Assembly (NCBI GenBank): GCA_965262715.1
Contig: OZ253553.1
Coordinates: forward strand, 2,592,001 to 2,656,000
DNA: 64,000 bases
Direction: 5' to 3'
From: Bdellovibrionales bacterium
Lineage (GTDB): Bacteria > Bdellovibrionota > Bdellovibrionia > Bdellovibrionales > JAUICD01
This document shows, in pieces, positions 20,296 to 31,093 of the stretch. The notes beneath the pieces were generated by a model. The model worked only from the letters and a program-made list of their open reading frames with translations. It ran no database searches and was not told the origin of the DNA. The position numbers were made by a program, and so were the translations under genes. Position 1 is the first letter of the stretch, and each line of letters starts with the position of its first letter.

Positions 20296-22405
20296 AAGAT
20301 TTGTATATTTGATCTAAATCCCAACAGATATCATCATTTTTAATAGCTTCACCACCTGTTTCACCTAAAAGTATACCATCTTTTAAATCTGGTTCTGTAA
20401 ATTGATCTAAAACAGCATTGACACTTAAAGGGTCTACAGCAAGGATGACTTGATAAAGTTTTTCAGAAAACAAAGGAATGTCATTTAATAATTTGATGCC
20501 TACACAAGCTGATTTACAACAAAGTCTGCAAAGAGTATAACCGACAGAGTGTTTTATAACCCTTGAAGCAAATATTTTATCTGTAGAACATAAATTTTTT
20601 AAATCATATATCCATTGATTAAGCTTATCAAAATCTGGCTTCTTGTCATATCGATCAAGATAAGACATATTTATTTCTAACAGTAAAATGGCATGTCCTA
20701 CCTTATAAATTGCATCTTCAGGGATATGTGATGAGTTGTCTTTTAAACCGACCATACCAATTGCAGGAGTAGGTGTGATATTTTGATCTTGAAACTCATT
20801 ATAAAAACTGACGTTACCAGAAATGATAGGAATATTTAGAGATTGACAGGCTTCATTCATCCCATGGACTGTATCTACAAATTGGGTCATGATCTGTGTT
20901 TTTTGCGGGTTTCCAAAGTTTAGGCAATTTGTCACAGCAATAGGTTCGAACCCTTTAATAGCAAGCTCTATAGCAGGGTAAAATATGGCATCTTTGCCTC
21001 CTATTAAGGCATCTTGTTGCATGATGTGAGGGCGACCACCTAAAACTATGCCTAGATCTCTTTGAGTTTCAGGAAGCTTTAAAACTCCTACGCTATAAGA
21101 GCAATCTCTTACAGTTTTAGCTCCAACTCTTTGGTCATATTGTTGAAAAACCCAACGCCTTGAACAGCCTTGCGCGCTTGAAAGCTGATCCCAAATAGAT
21201 ATTGGATGTGTTTGAGATGTGTTTAAAGACTCATATCCTTTATGATCTTCTCCCTCATTGTATGGCCTGTTATATTCAGGGGCATCTTTAACTAAAATAT
21301 CAGGGTCTATTTTAGCTATTTCTTTGCCATGCCAATAAAGATAAACTTGTCTCTCCTTAATGATATGACCTATTTGCTGGGCTTGTAGGTCCCACTTATT
21401 AAAAATAGCCTGTAGTTCTTGAAGGTTTTCAGGGTGGCAGATCACAAGCATCCTCTCCTGACTTTCTGATAAAAGAATATCTGCTGGAGTTAAATTTTGA
21501 TCTCTTAAGGGGACTTGATCTAAATAAAGTTCCATCCCAACTTGTCCCTTAGAGGCCATCTCAAAGCTAGAGCTAGTGAGACCAGAGGCGCCCATATCTT
21601 GAATAGCTTCTACAAGATTGGCTTTCATCGCTTCTAAACAAGATTCAATAAGCAATTTCTCAAAAAAAGGATCACCGATTTGTACAGTTGGTCTGTTATC
21701 AATTCCTTCATCTGAAGGTTTACTTGCCATACTTGCACCATGAATGCCATCTCGGCCTGTTTTTGCGCCTACATAGACAACCAAGTCCCCTTCATTTTTT
21801 GGATGAGATAAAAAAATTTTATCATTTTTACCAAAATACCCTAGAGCAAAAGCATTGACTAAAATATTATAATTATAACCTGAGTGAAATTCTGTTTGGC
21901 CTGTCAGCATAGGTACTCCTACACAATTACCATATCCTCCTATACCACGGACAACACCATTTAGAAGCCATTTCATTTTAGGGGAGATAGGACTCCCAAA
22001 ACAAAGGTAGTTTGCAAGAGCGATAGGTCTTGCTCCCATTGTGAAAATATCTCTTAAAATACCTCCTACACCTGTTGCAGCACCTTGGTAAGGTTCAATT
22101 AAGCTAGGATGATTGTGGCTTTCTATCTTAAAGGCAATTCTTTCTCCTTGTCCTAAATCTACAACACCAGCATTTTCACCAAAACCATGAAGCACTCTTT
22201 TGTGTTGGGAAAAAAGCTTTCTTAGATGTTTTTTTGAGCTTTTATAACTGCAATGCTCACTCCATAAAGCAGAAAAAAGAGACCATTCTACTCCTTGTGG
22301 CTCTCTATTAAGCTTTTTGCAAGCCAATTGGTACTCTTCTTGAGATAAGCCATAATAGTTAAGTTTGTCTTTTTTTGCCTTTTGGCTGTTATCTTCTGTA
22401 TTCAT
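20267..22405 (-). CDS. purL: Phosphoribosylformylglycinamidine synthase subunit PurL
   Basis: WSEHCSYK, ESHNHPS, DMGASGL, SESQERM, SGNVSFYN. Confidence 0.97.
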   Translation of the reverse strand: MNTEDNSQKAKKDKLNYYGLSQEEYQLACKKLNREPQGVEWSLFSALWSEHCSYKSSKKHLRKLFSQHKRVLHGFGENAGVVDLGQGERIAFKIESHNHPSLIEPYQGAATGVGGILRDIFTMGARPIALANYLCFGSPISPKMKWLLNGVVRGIGGYGNCVGVPMLTGQTEFHSGYNYNILVNAFALGYFGKNDKIFLSHPKNEGDLVVYVGAKTGRDGIHGASMASKPSDEGIDNRPTVQIGDPFFEKLLIESCLEAMKANLVEAIQDMGASGLTSSSFEMASKGQVGMELYLDQVPLRDQNLTPADILLSESQERMLVICHPENLQELQAIFNKWDLQAQQIGHIIKERQVYLYWHGKEIAKIDPDILVKDAPEYNRPYNEGEDHKGYESLNTSQTHPISIWDQLSSAQGCSRRWVFQQYDQRVGAKTVRDCSYSVGVLKLPETQRDLGIVLGGRPHIMQQDALIGGKDAIFYPAIELAIKGFEPIAVTNCLNFGNPQKTQIMTQFVDTVHGMNEACQSLNIPIISGNVSFYNEFQDQNITPTPAIGMVGLKDNSSHIPEDAIYKVGHAILLLEINMSYLDRYDKKPDFDKLNQWIYDLKNLCSTDKIFASRVIKHSVGYTLCRLCCKSACVGIKLLNDIPLFSEKLYQVILAVDPLSVNAVLDQFTEPDLKDGILLGETGGEAIKNDDICWDLDQIYKSYEKEKSFGF

Positions 22406-22610
22406 AAGTGATATGGCCCTCGTTCAATGTGTTATACAAGTGAGGGGAACTTAATGCAAGCTCAATCCTCTTAAGTTCCTTTGGGTTGCAAAAACAATTA
22501 GAAAATAAACTGGAATTATTTTTTAAATTAGCTACAATATAATAAGAAAAATAATAGGTCTTAGAAAGTTATTATTGTTTATGAGTTTGTGAGTTGTTTA
22601 GGCTATCATT

Positions 22611-23405
22611 ATGATGATTTTTTTATTCACTATTTGCTTAGGAGCCATTGTTGGGATACTATCTACTTTTTTAGGTTTAGGTGGTGGGATCTTTTTCGTA
22701 ACGCTTCTTCCTCTTCTTTACGAGGGAATTGACCATAAAACGGCTATTGGAACTGGTCTGGCTAGTGTATTTTTAATTGTTTCTTTAAACACTTTTCAAT
22801 TCAACAAAAGAGGACTTGTATGCTGGAGTACTGTTTTAAAACTGGCGCCCTCTACTCTCATTTTTGCTTTTTTAGCTGGCAAATTAGCGCATAAGGTTCC
22901 AAATGAGATACTTATTTTATGTCTTACAGGGGTTTTGGGTTATTTGTCTTTTCGATCCTTTGTAAATAAGCCTAAAAAGAAAAAGCCAAAATCTATACCT
23001 TTGATATGGCTGAACTTATTAGGAATTTATGCAGGAGGGATTTCAGGGTTGACAGGTATTGGTTCTGGAGCTGTCACAAGTACATGTTTTTTAAACTGGA
23101 ACCTTTTACCAAATCAAAAAATCTCTCCAACAAGTAATGCTGTGATGGTCATGACAAATTTATCAGGACTCCTTGCTTATTTAGAACTTCAAAATATGAC
23201 CTTTCATTGGCCTCTGCAAATCGGTTATGTGAGATGGGATTTAGCCCTTTTGCTTTTTGCCTCTTCTCTCTTAACAGTGTTTTTTGGTGTACGTTTGCAA
23301 GGTCGTATTGCTGAAAAGACTAGATCTTTATCTATTGCTTACTTATTGTTTGTTCTTTGTATTTATGAAGCTTTTCAGTTTTATCAGTTGTATAAGAATT
23401 TGTGA
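22611..23405 (+). CDS. Sulfite exporter TauE/SafE (TSUP) family membrane protein
   Basis: GLGGG and GIGSG motifs, AIGTGL, multiple hydrophobic helices. Confidence 0.8.
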   Translation: MMIFLFTICLGAIVGILSTFLGLGGGIFFVTLLPLLYEGIDHKTAIGTGLASVFLIVSLNTFQFNKRGLVCWSTVLKLAPSTLIFAFLAGKLAHKVPNEILILCLTGVLGYLSFRSFVNKPKKKKPKSIPLIWLNLLGIYAGGISGLTGIGSGAVTSTCFLNWNLLPNQKISPTSNAVMVMTNLSGLLAYLELQNMTFHWPLQIGYVRWDLALLLFASSLLTVFFGVRLQGRIAEKTRSLSIAYLLFVLCIYEAFQFYQLYKNL

Positions 23406-23445
23406 CGTATTTGCTTTTAACTTTTATTGATGTCTTATAAAATCT

Positions 23446-23718
23446 TTAGAACTCAAAAGGTTTAGGTGAAATGGGAGCAGGCCTTCCAGATTTTGAATAA
23501 GCAGCTACACCAATAGGCAAGAGTCCTAAATGACGGGATTTTTTAATAGCTTGTTTAAGATGTCTTTGTTGGAAGTGGCTGAGTTTAGTTATCCTGGCAG
23601 GAGTGATTTTAGCTCCCTCAGACAAACATTTACTTAAGCTTAAAGGGTTTTTGTAATCAAAAACATAATCAGAAGGGTAATCTAGGCGATACTTTAAACG
23701 AACATTTTTGTTTAACAT
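23446..23718 (-). CDS. rpsR: 30S ribosomal protein S18
   Basis: DYKNP..L...LSEGAKITPARIT....QRHLKQAIKKSRHLGLLP. Confidence 0.9.
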   Translation of the reverse strand: MLNKNVRLKYRLDYPSDYVFDYKNPLSLSKCLSEGAKITPARITKLSHFQQRHLKQAIKKSRHLGLLPIGVAAYSKSGRPAPISPKPFEF

Positions 23719-23901
23719 TATCTGGCACTCCTTATGGGCTTAAATTTTGTATATCTCTACTTAATTGTATGCATTAGCTGTAAAAAGTAAACAATAAAGG
23801 CTTGTCAAAAGGCCTTCTTTTTTATATACAAAGTGAGAATACTTTTATATAGTATAATGATAGTAAAAACAACTCATAATTTTTAAAAGGGGCTTCTTAT
23901 T

Positions 23902-24186
23902 ATGTCCATTTGCGAGCTTACAAGGAAAAAACCAGTTGTTGTGAATTTAGTGAGTCATTCTAATATCAAAACCAAGTCATTTAGTAGGCCTAATATTCAA
24001 AATAAGCAGCTTTATAGCCAAGCACTCAGGCAGAGCTTTAATTTTAACATTGCAATAAGCACATTACGTACAATAGAGCATAAAGGGGGCTTTGACACAT
24101 TTATTTTAAAGCAACCAAGTCATTTACTTTCAAAAAGGGCCGTGATAGTTCAAAAAAAGATAAAAAAGAAGTTAAAATCAATTTAA
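23902..24186 (+). CDS. rpmB: 50S ribosomal protein L28
   Basis: CELTRKKP..NLVSHSNIKTK...PNIQ...LRTIEHKGGFD. Confidence 0.92.
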   Translation: MSICELTRKKPVVVNLVSHSNIKTKSFSRPNIQNKQLYSQALRQSFNFNIAISTLRTIEHKGGFDTFILKQPSHLLSKRAVIVQKKIKKKLKSI

Positions 24187-24236
24187 TCTAATATTTTGAG
24201 TTAAAATATTTACAAACAAATAAGGTAGAGGGTTTT

Positions 24237-24548
24237 ATGAGCAGTGGTATAGGTAAAAAATTTAGAGCTTATAAAGGACGTTCTGCCAAAGTTATTGCAG
24301 GTGCTGATAAGGGTAAAACAGGCACTATTTTAAACATTCGTGAATTTAATAATACCATACAGGTTCAGGTACAAGGGGTGCGTCTGCAAAAAAAGCATGA
24401 TAAAAAGGAAGGTATAAAAACTCAAACAGGTTATATTGATTTTTCCAATATCAAGGTAGATCTTACAAAAGCAAAGGTTACAAGCTCACCTAAAACAAAT
24501 AAGAAGGATCAAAAAACTCCTGTAAAGGCAAATGATGATAAATCATGA
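24237..24548 (+). CDS. rplX: Ribosomal protein L24-like KOW protein
   Basis: VIAGADKGKTGTI...VQGV...KKH...IDFSNI. Confidence 0.7.
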   Translation: MSSGIGKKFRAYKGRSAKVIAGADKGKTGTILNIREFNNTIQVQVQGVRLQKKHDKKEGIKTQTGYIDFSNIKVDLTKAKVTSSPKTNKKDQKTPVKANDDKS

Positions 24549-25501
24549 ATAAAAACCTTGCTTTAGAATTTGTAAAGGTCACAGAAACTGCTGCTGTTGC
24601 AAGTGCTAAATTTATAGGAAAAGGAGATTCTATCGCAGCAGATCAGGCGGCTGTAGATGCTATGAGAAAGGCATTTAACCGTGTAGATATTGATGGAGAG
24701 ATTGTTATAGGTGAAGGTGAGCGTGATAAAGCTCCTATGCTCTTCATTGGGGAGAAAGTTGGCAGTTTAACAAGTGGTTGTCCGCAAGTTGATATTGCTT
24801 TGGACCCGTTAGAAGGGACTTCAATTTGCGCAAAGGCTGGGTATGGGGCACTTTCAGTTCTTGCCGTGGCTCCCAAGAAAAATCTTTTACATGCTCCAGA
24901 TACTTATATGGATAAAATTGCTGTAGGCCCAGAAGGTTGTCATGCTGTTCATATTGAAAATTCTGCTACAAAGAACATCCAGTCTTTAGCTAGAGCATTA
25001 AAAAAGAATGTCTCTGATATAACCGTTACAATTTTAAATAGACCTCGTCATGAGAAGCTTTTAGATGAAGTTCGAATGACAGGGGCACGTGTTCAACTTA
25101 TTGATGACGGAGATGTTTCTGCAGCTATTATGACAGCACAAAAAAACTCTGGTGTTGACTTGCTTTTAGGTATTGGAGGAGCTCCTGAGGGAGTTCTTGC
25201 AGCTGTTGCTCTTAAATGTTTACGTGGAAAATTTGAAGGTCAATTAAAATTTCAGGATTCTCAAGAAAGAGAGCGTGCTATTTCTATGGGTTTGAAAGAT
25301 CCTGATCAGAGTTTAAAGTTAGAAGAATTAGTCTCATCAGATGATATTATGTTTATCGCAACAGGTGTAACAGATGGCCCTCTTTTAAGGGGTGTTCAAT
25401 TTTGTTCAGAATCTGGTATAAAAACATTTTCAATAGTGATTCAACCAGGGACGACTCTTTATATTGAAACTATTCATCAATCAGATGAGATGGTCGTGTA
25501 A
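24545..25501 (+). CDS. glpX: Class II fructose-1,6-bisphosphatase
   Basis: VIGEGERDKAPML, DPLEGT, YMDKIAVG, DGDV, GIGGAPEGV. Confidence 0.96.
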   Translation: MNKNLALEFVKVTETAAVASAKFIGKGDSIAADQAAVDAMRKAFNRVDIDGEIVIGEGERDKAPMLFIGEKVGSLTSGCPQVDIALDPLEGTSICAKAGYGALSVLAVAPKKNLLHAPDTYMDKIAVGPEGCHAVHIENSATKNIQSLARALKKNVSDITVTILNRPRHEKLLDEVRMTGARVQLIDDGDVSAAIMTAQKNSGVDLLLGIGGAPEGVLAAVALKCLRGKFEGQLKFQDSQERERAISMGLKDPDQSLKLEELVSSDDIMFIATGVTDGPLLRGVQFCSESGIKTFSIVIQPGTTLYIETIHQSDEMVV

Positions 25502-25514
25502 ATTTGGTCACAAT

Positions 25515-25805
25515 ATGATGTCTATAAATATTAAATGCTTTTCTTGTAAAAAAGTCACTAGTTGGGAAAATGTAACAAGAAGGGATGAATGTCCTCATTG
25601 TAAAGCTGATGCGCATGTTTGTTTGAATTGTCGGTTTTTCTCTGAGTCTCATCATCATCAATGCCTAGAAACTCAAGCTGAATATGTCAAAGAAAAAGAA
25701 CGTGCCAATTTTTGTGAATACTTTGCCCCTTCATCTTCCTCTGATCAAAGTGGTTCTAAGTCGGAAGATTTATTAAAAACTGCTGAACAGTTGTTTAAAA
25801 AATAA
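25515..25805 (+). CDS. Small Cys-rich (zinc-binding) hypothetical protein
   Basis: CFSC, CPHC, CLNC, KERANFCEYF; likely start at the MM at 25515. Confidence 0.7.
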   Translation: MMSINIKCFSCKKVTSWENVTRRDECPHCKADAHVCLNCRFFSESHHHQCLETQAEYVKEKERANFCEYFAPSSSSDQSGSKSEDLLKTAEQLFKK

Positions 25806-25894
25806 TCAATATAACCATTCATAATTTGTGAAAGAAGCCTTTACTAACTAGTAGATGGTTTTTAGGTATAGGGTTTAAGCAACTAAATCATTGT

Positions 25895-26677
25895 TTAAAT
25901 ACTGACAGGTTGTTCTAGTGGAGATGTTCTTCTTAAATAATCTAAGTCATATATACAAGAAAGGTTATTAATATCTTCTTCATTCACTGGTTGCCTGACT
26001 AAATCAGTTATCATATTAGACTTAATGTACATTAGAGGGCTGTTAGGGTTATCAGCTAATCCGAGCGCATGCCCAAATTCATGAGATATAGTATTTCTTA
26101 TCAAGTTTTCGTTAAAAGCTCTTATACCTCTTGGATTTAAATATTGAAGATTAGTATTAATGAGAGTGTTAACTGTATCTTCTACTATTATAATATCAGT
26201 ATTTATAAGCTGAACGTAAGAGTTCACTAGTTTAACACCCGATTTTCTTGTAAGAGCTAAAGAACGTGTATAAGAGTTATTTTCGTCAGTAACTGGAATC
26301 TCACTTCGACTTAACCAATAGATCACATTTTTTTTATCAGATTCCATAGAGTTTACACTTAAGACACGTTTTTGATTGATATCGTTTTGGATTATAATAA
26401 ATTTGGCATCAAGTGCTGTATTCCACATTTCAGCACTTTCATGGAAAAAAGAAATATATTCTTCAGGAACAGTATGGTGTAATTCAAAAAGAACAGGTAA
26501 AGATATACCCCAAGAATGAGGTAAATCTGAAAACTTTTCTGATCGAGTTACAAACTCACATGAATTATCTGGATCTCTTGTTGCGTTAGAATTTGGATTA
26601 GGAGCAGGGGAGCAGCCACAAAAAATTATTGATAAAATCCATAGTGTTAATTTGTGATAGAAATTTTTTTTCATCAT
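25895..26677 (-). CDS. Matrixin-like (M10) metalloprotease lipoprotein
   Basis: Signal peptide with Cys; HEFGHALGL zinc motif (third His replaced by Asp) and Met-turn LMY. Confidence 0.7.
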   Translation of the reverse strand: MMKKNFYHKLTLWILSIIFCGCSPAPNPNSNATRDPDNSCEFVTRSEKFSDLPHSWGISLPVLFELHHTVPEEYISFFHESAEMWNTALDAKFIIIQNDINQKRVLSVNSMESDKKNVIYWLSRSEIPVTDENNSYTRSLALTRKSGVKLVNSYVQLINTDIIIVEDTVNTLINTNLQYLNPRGIRAFNENLIRNTISHEFGHALGLADNPNSPLMYIKSNMITDLVRQPVNEEDINNLSCIYDLDYLRRTSPLEQPVSI

Positions 26678-27079
26678 AAAGCTCTTTGAAGTTTATGTTA
26701 TAAGAAGCATATCAGAGCACAGGCTTGATAATTTTTCAATCAAAATTTCACTAAAAAAGTAATGTAAAGTCTTTATTAAATATAGATAAAGGACAACCTG
26801 ATAAAGGCAAAGAGGTCTGAAATAATATTTAATAAGTTCAATCTATGTATGAAATAACTAAAATATATTGTAGGTCGCTTTAAAAATAATATTTAACTTA
26901 ATTTATGAAGTAATATCCATGACTTGCTTCTTTTTTAAAGATTCTTTAAATATATATGGACTTTATAGTTTTTTGCAGAAAAACTTGATTCATTAGAAAA
27001 GGATGTGTTAACTGTCTCTCTATAGACTTTTTGTGGCTATGTACTTTTTGGTAACACAACATGGTTAAGGTGGAGTGGT

Positions 27080-27964
27080 TTGCATTTTTGTAGAATTGTA
27101 TTCTTAATAGCTACCAGTATAGCAGTAGTAGGTGGGTTTGTGTTAGCAAATGATCAAGTTGCTGTTTTGCAAACTGAGTCACCTGTCTGTGTCTCGCCTT
27201 TATTACAAGATAGGGTATCAAATCATTTACAAGAGATAGAGCTTTTTGCGGCAATCATGGATGGGGATCACTCAGCTGTACGGAAGGCGTTACAGGCTGG
27301 GACAGATTCTTCTACTATTTCCAATTCTATATATGCAATTTATAAAACGAGTGAACCTATATTAAATGCATCAAATCCAAGAGTTAAAGCAGTCAATCCA
27401 AAAGCTGTATTTATACCTAAGCCTGATGATACACTGTTAGATAGATTTTTTTATACTCGTAAAAATGGTACCAAAACAAACTCATTGATATCGAGTCTGT
27501 TAGATAAACTCTTTAATGTTCATGGGAGTGATAATGATACAGAGATCATAGAACTACCAGCTTTACATATTGCTGTGGTAATGGGTAATCCTCATATAGT
27601 AAAGTTACTTTTAGAAGCTCATGCAGATACAAAAACAATAGATAAACAATATAATCTTACGGCTTTGTCTTTTTTGTGTTGTCAAGGACGTGTTGACGAT
27701 GCAGTTGATGTAGAATTAATGGTAGAATCTTTTATTGAAGCTGGTTCAAACAGTAATGAAGTGGCTAATGCATTTCATTATGCAGCTATGACAAGTAATG
27801 TGATTGTGGCTGCTGCTCTTGTGAAAGAAGCAAAGGAATTCATACCAGATTGGATGCTCACTATGCAGCGTGCAGTTCCATTAAGGGACAGAGAAAGAGC
27901 AAGTGCTTATAATTCAATGTTACAACAATTAATGGATATGAGGTTAATTGAACCAGAACCATAA
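27080..27964 (+). CDS. Secreted ankyrin repeat protein
   Basis: Signal peptide; ALHIAVVMGNPHIVKLLLEAHAD ankyrin consensus. Confidence 0.75.
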   Translation: MHFCRIVFLIATSIAVVGGFVLANDQVAVLQTESPVCVSPLLQDRVSNHLQEIELFAAIMDGDHSAVRKALQAGTDSSTISNSIYAIYKTSEPILNASNPRVKAVNPKAVFIPKPDDTLLDRFFYTRKNGTKTNSLISSLLDKLFNVHGSDNDTEIIELPALHIAVVMGNPHIVKLLLEAHADTKTIDKQYNLTALSFLCCQGRVDDAVDVELMVESFIEAGSNSNEVANAFHYAAMTSNVIVAAALVKEAKEFIPDWMLTMQRAVPLRDRERASAYNSMLQQLMDMRLIEPEP

Positions 27965-27985
27965 ATTGACCATCAACTAAAAACT

Positions 27986-28207
27986 TCATACTTCAATTAA
28001 TCTAGGGTGCTGCATTTTAGAAGAGGCATATTTTATAGAAGCTCTTATATCTTTCTCTGTTAATTCTGGAAATTCTTCTATTATCTCAGAAAAAGATAAT
28101 CCATTTCCTAAAAGATCTAAAACATCTACTACCCTTATACGCATTCCTCTTATACAAGGTTGTCCACCACATTGGTTGAAATTTATAGTAATAATATTTT
28201 TATCCGT
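27986..28207 (-). pseudogene. DUF433 antitoxin-like gene with ACG in place of the start codon, followed by a truncated DUF5615/PIN toxin start
   Basis: GAGGTG RBS then ACG-DKNIITINFNQCGGQPCIRGMRIRVVDVLDLL...EEFPELTEKDIRA; an overlapping ATGA starts MKFLVDGQ, which runs into the end of the ankyrin gene. Confidence 0.75.
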
Positions 28208-28488
28208 ATTTCACCTCATTAAATTATTGTTTTTGAATAGAGAGTATGGGTTTTCTTTTTTCATAATTACCACAATTTATGTTATAATTATACATATAGA
28301 AACTTAGATTTGTCATTATATTTATATTTGTCACAATTTATCTGACAATCGGTTCCTGGATACTGCTTGCCTGAATGCCAGAAAAACAAAGGGTGGATAG
28401 GTACAATCATCAGGCAGTCGGGCAATCTGTATTAGGCAACAGCTTGCCAGATGACTAGAGGAAGATATTAAAAAAATGAAAAGATGAT

Positions 28489-28960
28489 TTCCTTAACATT
28501 TTGTAAAAAAATAATAAAGATCCGCCTTAGTAAAAATAAACGGATTTTTGAGACAGTGTAGTAGAAGGATTGTTTTTTAGAAAAACAAGGAAAAAATCTT
28601 TGAAGCTATGATTTGATGCATAAGCTGAGTCCTCGAGCGATTGCTTAGATAGCAATCACTCTGCGGAAGATCTCGTTCTTCAGCTTATACATCAAGTCTT
28701 ATTTAGCTATAAAGATTTGGTGTAATTTGTAAGGAGAGGAAGTAAGAAATAAGATAGTAACCATTTTCCCTAACATGAGATAAGAGAATAAAGACATTCT
28801 TCCTACTAAAAATAAACATGCTTTTGAGGTAGTCAGCTTTTTATTGAAGGCGTGAGCCTTCAAGCTGACTACCCAAAAGTGGCTAGAAGCCAGTTTATTT
28901 TTAGTGAGATAAAATCGAGAGGCATTTTAGTGAAACAGAGGCAGGTTTATTTTTAGTGAA
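28489..28960 (-). repeat. Cluster of dispersed structured repeats (inverted copies of the ~145-bp family plus one GTCCTC/GCGGAAGA hairpin)
   Basis: Reverse-complement matches to 30564-30710 at ~28489-28558 and ~28766-28910; hairpin at 28613-28695. Confidence 0.75.
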
Positions 28961-29161
28961 ATAATTGTAATATGATATAATATTATAAACGTGTTACCTC
29001 ATAATAAATTGTGTTTTTATGAATAGAGATGGACATTTCTCATTTTTGTGTTATAAACTAAGGAAATTTTATCTTAAATGTAAAGACCTGCTGATTTGCT
29101 TTAAAAATACCGATTAGTTTTAATCAGTGGTGGCTTTTTATTACTAAAAGGAGAATTTTTA

Positions 29162-30310
29162 ATGTTGAGAGTGCCAGTAAAACCTGAACTATTACGTTGG
29201 GCATACCAACGTGCAGGTATTAAGCCTCAAGACTTAAACAAACGTTTTAAAAAACTGGAAGATTGGGAAACTGGTAAAGTAAAACCCACACTCAAACAAT
29301 TAGAAGCTTTTGCTGATGCCACTTATGCGCCAATTGGATATTTATTTTTAGATAAACCCCCAGCAGAGGAAAAAATTCCTATACCAGATTTACGCACAAT
29401 AGGCAATAAAGAAGTCCATAGACCAAGCCTTCAACTTATTGATACTATTCATTTATGTCAACAACGGCAGGATTGGTATCGAGATTATATCCGCTCTGAA
29501 GGTCATAAACCTCTTACATTTGTTGGTTCCGCTAATATAAAAAATTCTATTGAAAAAATAGCTGAAGAAATGCGCAAAGCTCTTAATTTTAACTTAGAAA
29601 CGCGTAAACAACTTCAAACTTGGGAGAATGCTTTGCAGTTATTTAGAAAGCAAGTTGATCGTATTGGTGTCATGGTTATGATTAGTGGTGTTGTAGGTAA
29701 TAACACTAAACGCGAACTGAATGTTGAAGAATTTAGAGGTTTTACTTTAAGCGACAATTTTGCTCCTTTAATCTTTATAAATGGTCAAGATGCCAAATCT
29801 GCGCAAATGTTTACTTTAGCTCATGAACTAGCTCATATCTGGCTTGGTGAAAGTGCCATTAGTAACGTGGCTTTAAACTCTCATCTATCTAATAATAAGG
29901 AGATTGAAGTTTGGTGTAATAAAGTTGCAGCAGAGTTCCTTGTTCCATTAAAAAGTCTTAAAAAAGAAGATGTGGGAACTCATCCTCTTAATGTTATTGT
30001 GCCTTTAGCTAAAAAATATAAGGTAAGTACATTAGTCACTATACGTAGATTATTTGATGCTGGATACATTAACCAAGATGAGTTTGATAAGTCTTATAAA
30101 GAGGAGCTTATTAAAATTAGAAAATCTTCTAAAAGCAGTGGTGGAGGTCACTTTTACCGTACAATAGAAATACGTACTAATAAAAGATTTATACGTAACC
30201 TTATGACATCTACTTATGAAGGAAAAACTTTATTTACAGAGGCCTTTCGTTTGCTAGGTATTACAAAAATAAAAACATTCGAGAGGATGAGAAAAGAAAT
30301 ATGGGAATGA
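29162..30310 (+). CDS. HTH plus ImmA/IrrE family metallo-endopeptidase
   Basis: N-terminal XRE-like HTH (WETGKVKPTLKQL); FTLAHELAH; EVWCNKVAAEFLVP. Confidence 0.9.
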   Translation: MLRVPVKPELLRWAYQRAGIKPQDLNKRFKKLEDWETGKVKPTLKQLEAFADATYAPIGYLFLDKPPAEEKIPIPDLRTIGNKEVHRPSLQLIDTIHLCQQRQDWYRDYIRSEGHKPLTFVGSANIKNSIEKIAEEMRKALNFNLETRKQLQTWENALQLFRKQVDRIGVMVMISGVVGNNTKRELNVEEFRGFTLSDNFAPLIFINGQDAKSAQMFTLAHELAHIWLGESAISNVALNSHLSNNKEIEVWCNKVAAEFLVPLKSLKKEDVGTHPLNVIVPLAKKYKVSTLVTIRRLFDAGYINQDEFDKSYKEELIKIRKSSKSSGGGHFYRTIEIRTNKRFIRNLMTSTYEGKTLFTEAFRLLGITKIKTFERMRKEIWE

Positions 30311-30618
30311 CCTATTTACTTGATACTGATGTATTTATAAGTGCGAAGAATCTTCATTATGGTTTTGATTTTTGTCCCGCTTTTTGGGATTGGTTAATTG
30401 TAAAAAATAAAGAGGAAAAAGTTTTTAGTATTAAAAATGTATATGATGAAATAAATAAAGGTAAAGATGAATTATCAGAATGGATGAAAAATAAAGGAAG
30501 CAACTTGTTTTTAAAACCAGATGAAGGGTTACTAACTGCTTTAAAACATATTACTGACTGGGTAGCTGTCTCACTTAAAATAAACTGGCCTCTGGCTATT
30601 TTTGGACAGTTAGCCTGA
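30301..30618 (+). pseudogene. DUF4411 family (PIN-like) protein truncated by a repeat element
   Basis: YLLDTDVFISAKNLHYGFDFCPAFWDWL; the frame runs into the repeat at ~30564. Confidence 0.75.
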
Positions 30619-30710
30619 AGATTTACATCTTCAAGAAAATGCTAACTGTCTCAAAAATCCGTTTATTTTAAGTAGAAAGGATATTCTCTTTTCTTTACTA
30701 CATGTTAAGG
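30564..30710 (+). repeat. Dispersed ~145-bp structured (MITE/REP-like) repeat
   Basis: TCTCACTTAAAATAAAC...CAGTTAGC-hairpin-GCTAACTG...GTTTATTTT...CATGTTAAGG; near-identical copies at 31205, 31401 and 57943. Confidence 0.85.
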
Positions 30711-30799
30711 CAATCCGGCAAACTGTATCAGGTAGCTGGCAACTGTTTTAAATTTTTCCCTAATTTTTTCTCCCACCAAAGGGTAAAGGAGAAAAAGGT

Positions 30800-31093
30800 A
30801 TGAAAAAATTTAAAACTTATCAGTTAGCAATTCAATTTTATCGTAATTCTAATAAATTATATTTAAAAGAACCTCTTAGAAATCAATTTCAAAGAGCTTC
30901 TCTAAGCATTGTGCTTAATTTAGCCGAGGGCACCGCAAAACCAACAGCTAAAGACCGTAGGAAGTTCTACAGAACAAGCCTTGGATCACTTAGGGAAATT
31001 CAAGCAATATTGGAGATTGTTAATGATCAAAAGTTAATCAAAGAAGCTGATCAATTAGGTGCTTATCTTTATAAGTTATGTCAGAATACATAA
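30800..31093 (+). CDS. Four helix bundle protein (23S rRNA IVP / TIGR02436-like)
   Basis: LRNQFQRASLSIVLNLAEG...RRKFYRTSLGSLREI; RBS AAGGAG. Confidence 0.9.
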   Translation: MKKFKTYQLAIQFYRNSNKLYLKEPLRNQFQRASLSIVLNLAEGTAKPTAKDRRKFYRTSLGSLREIQAILEIVNDQKLIKEADQLGAYLYKLCQNT

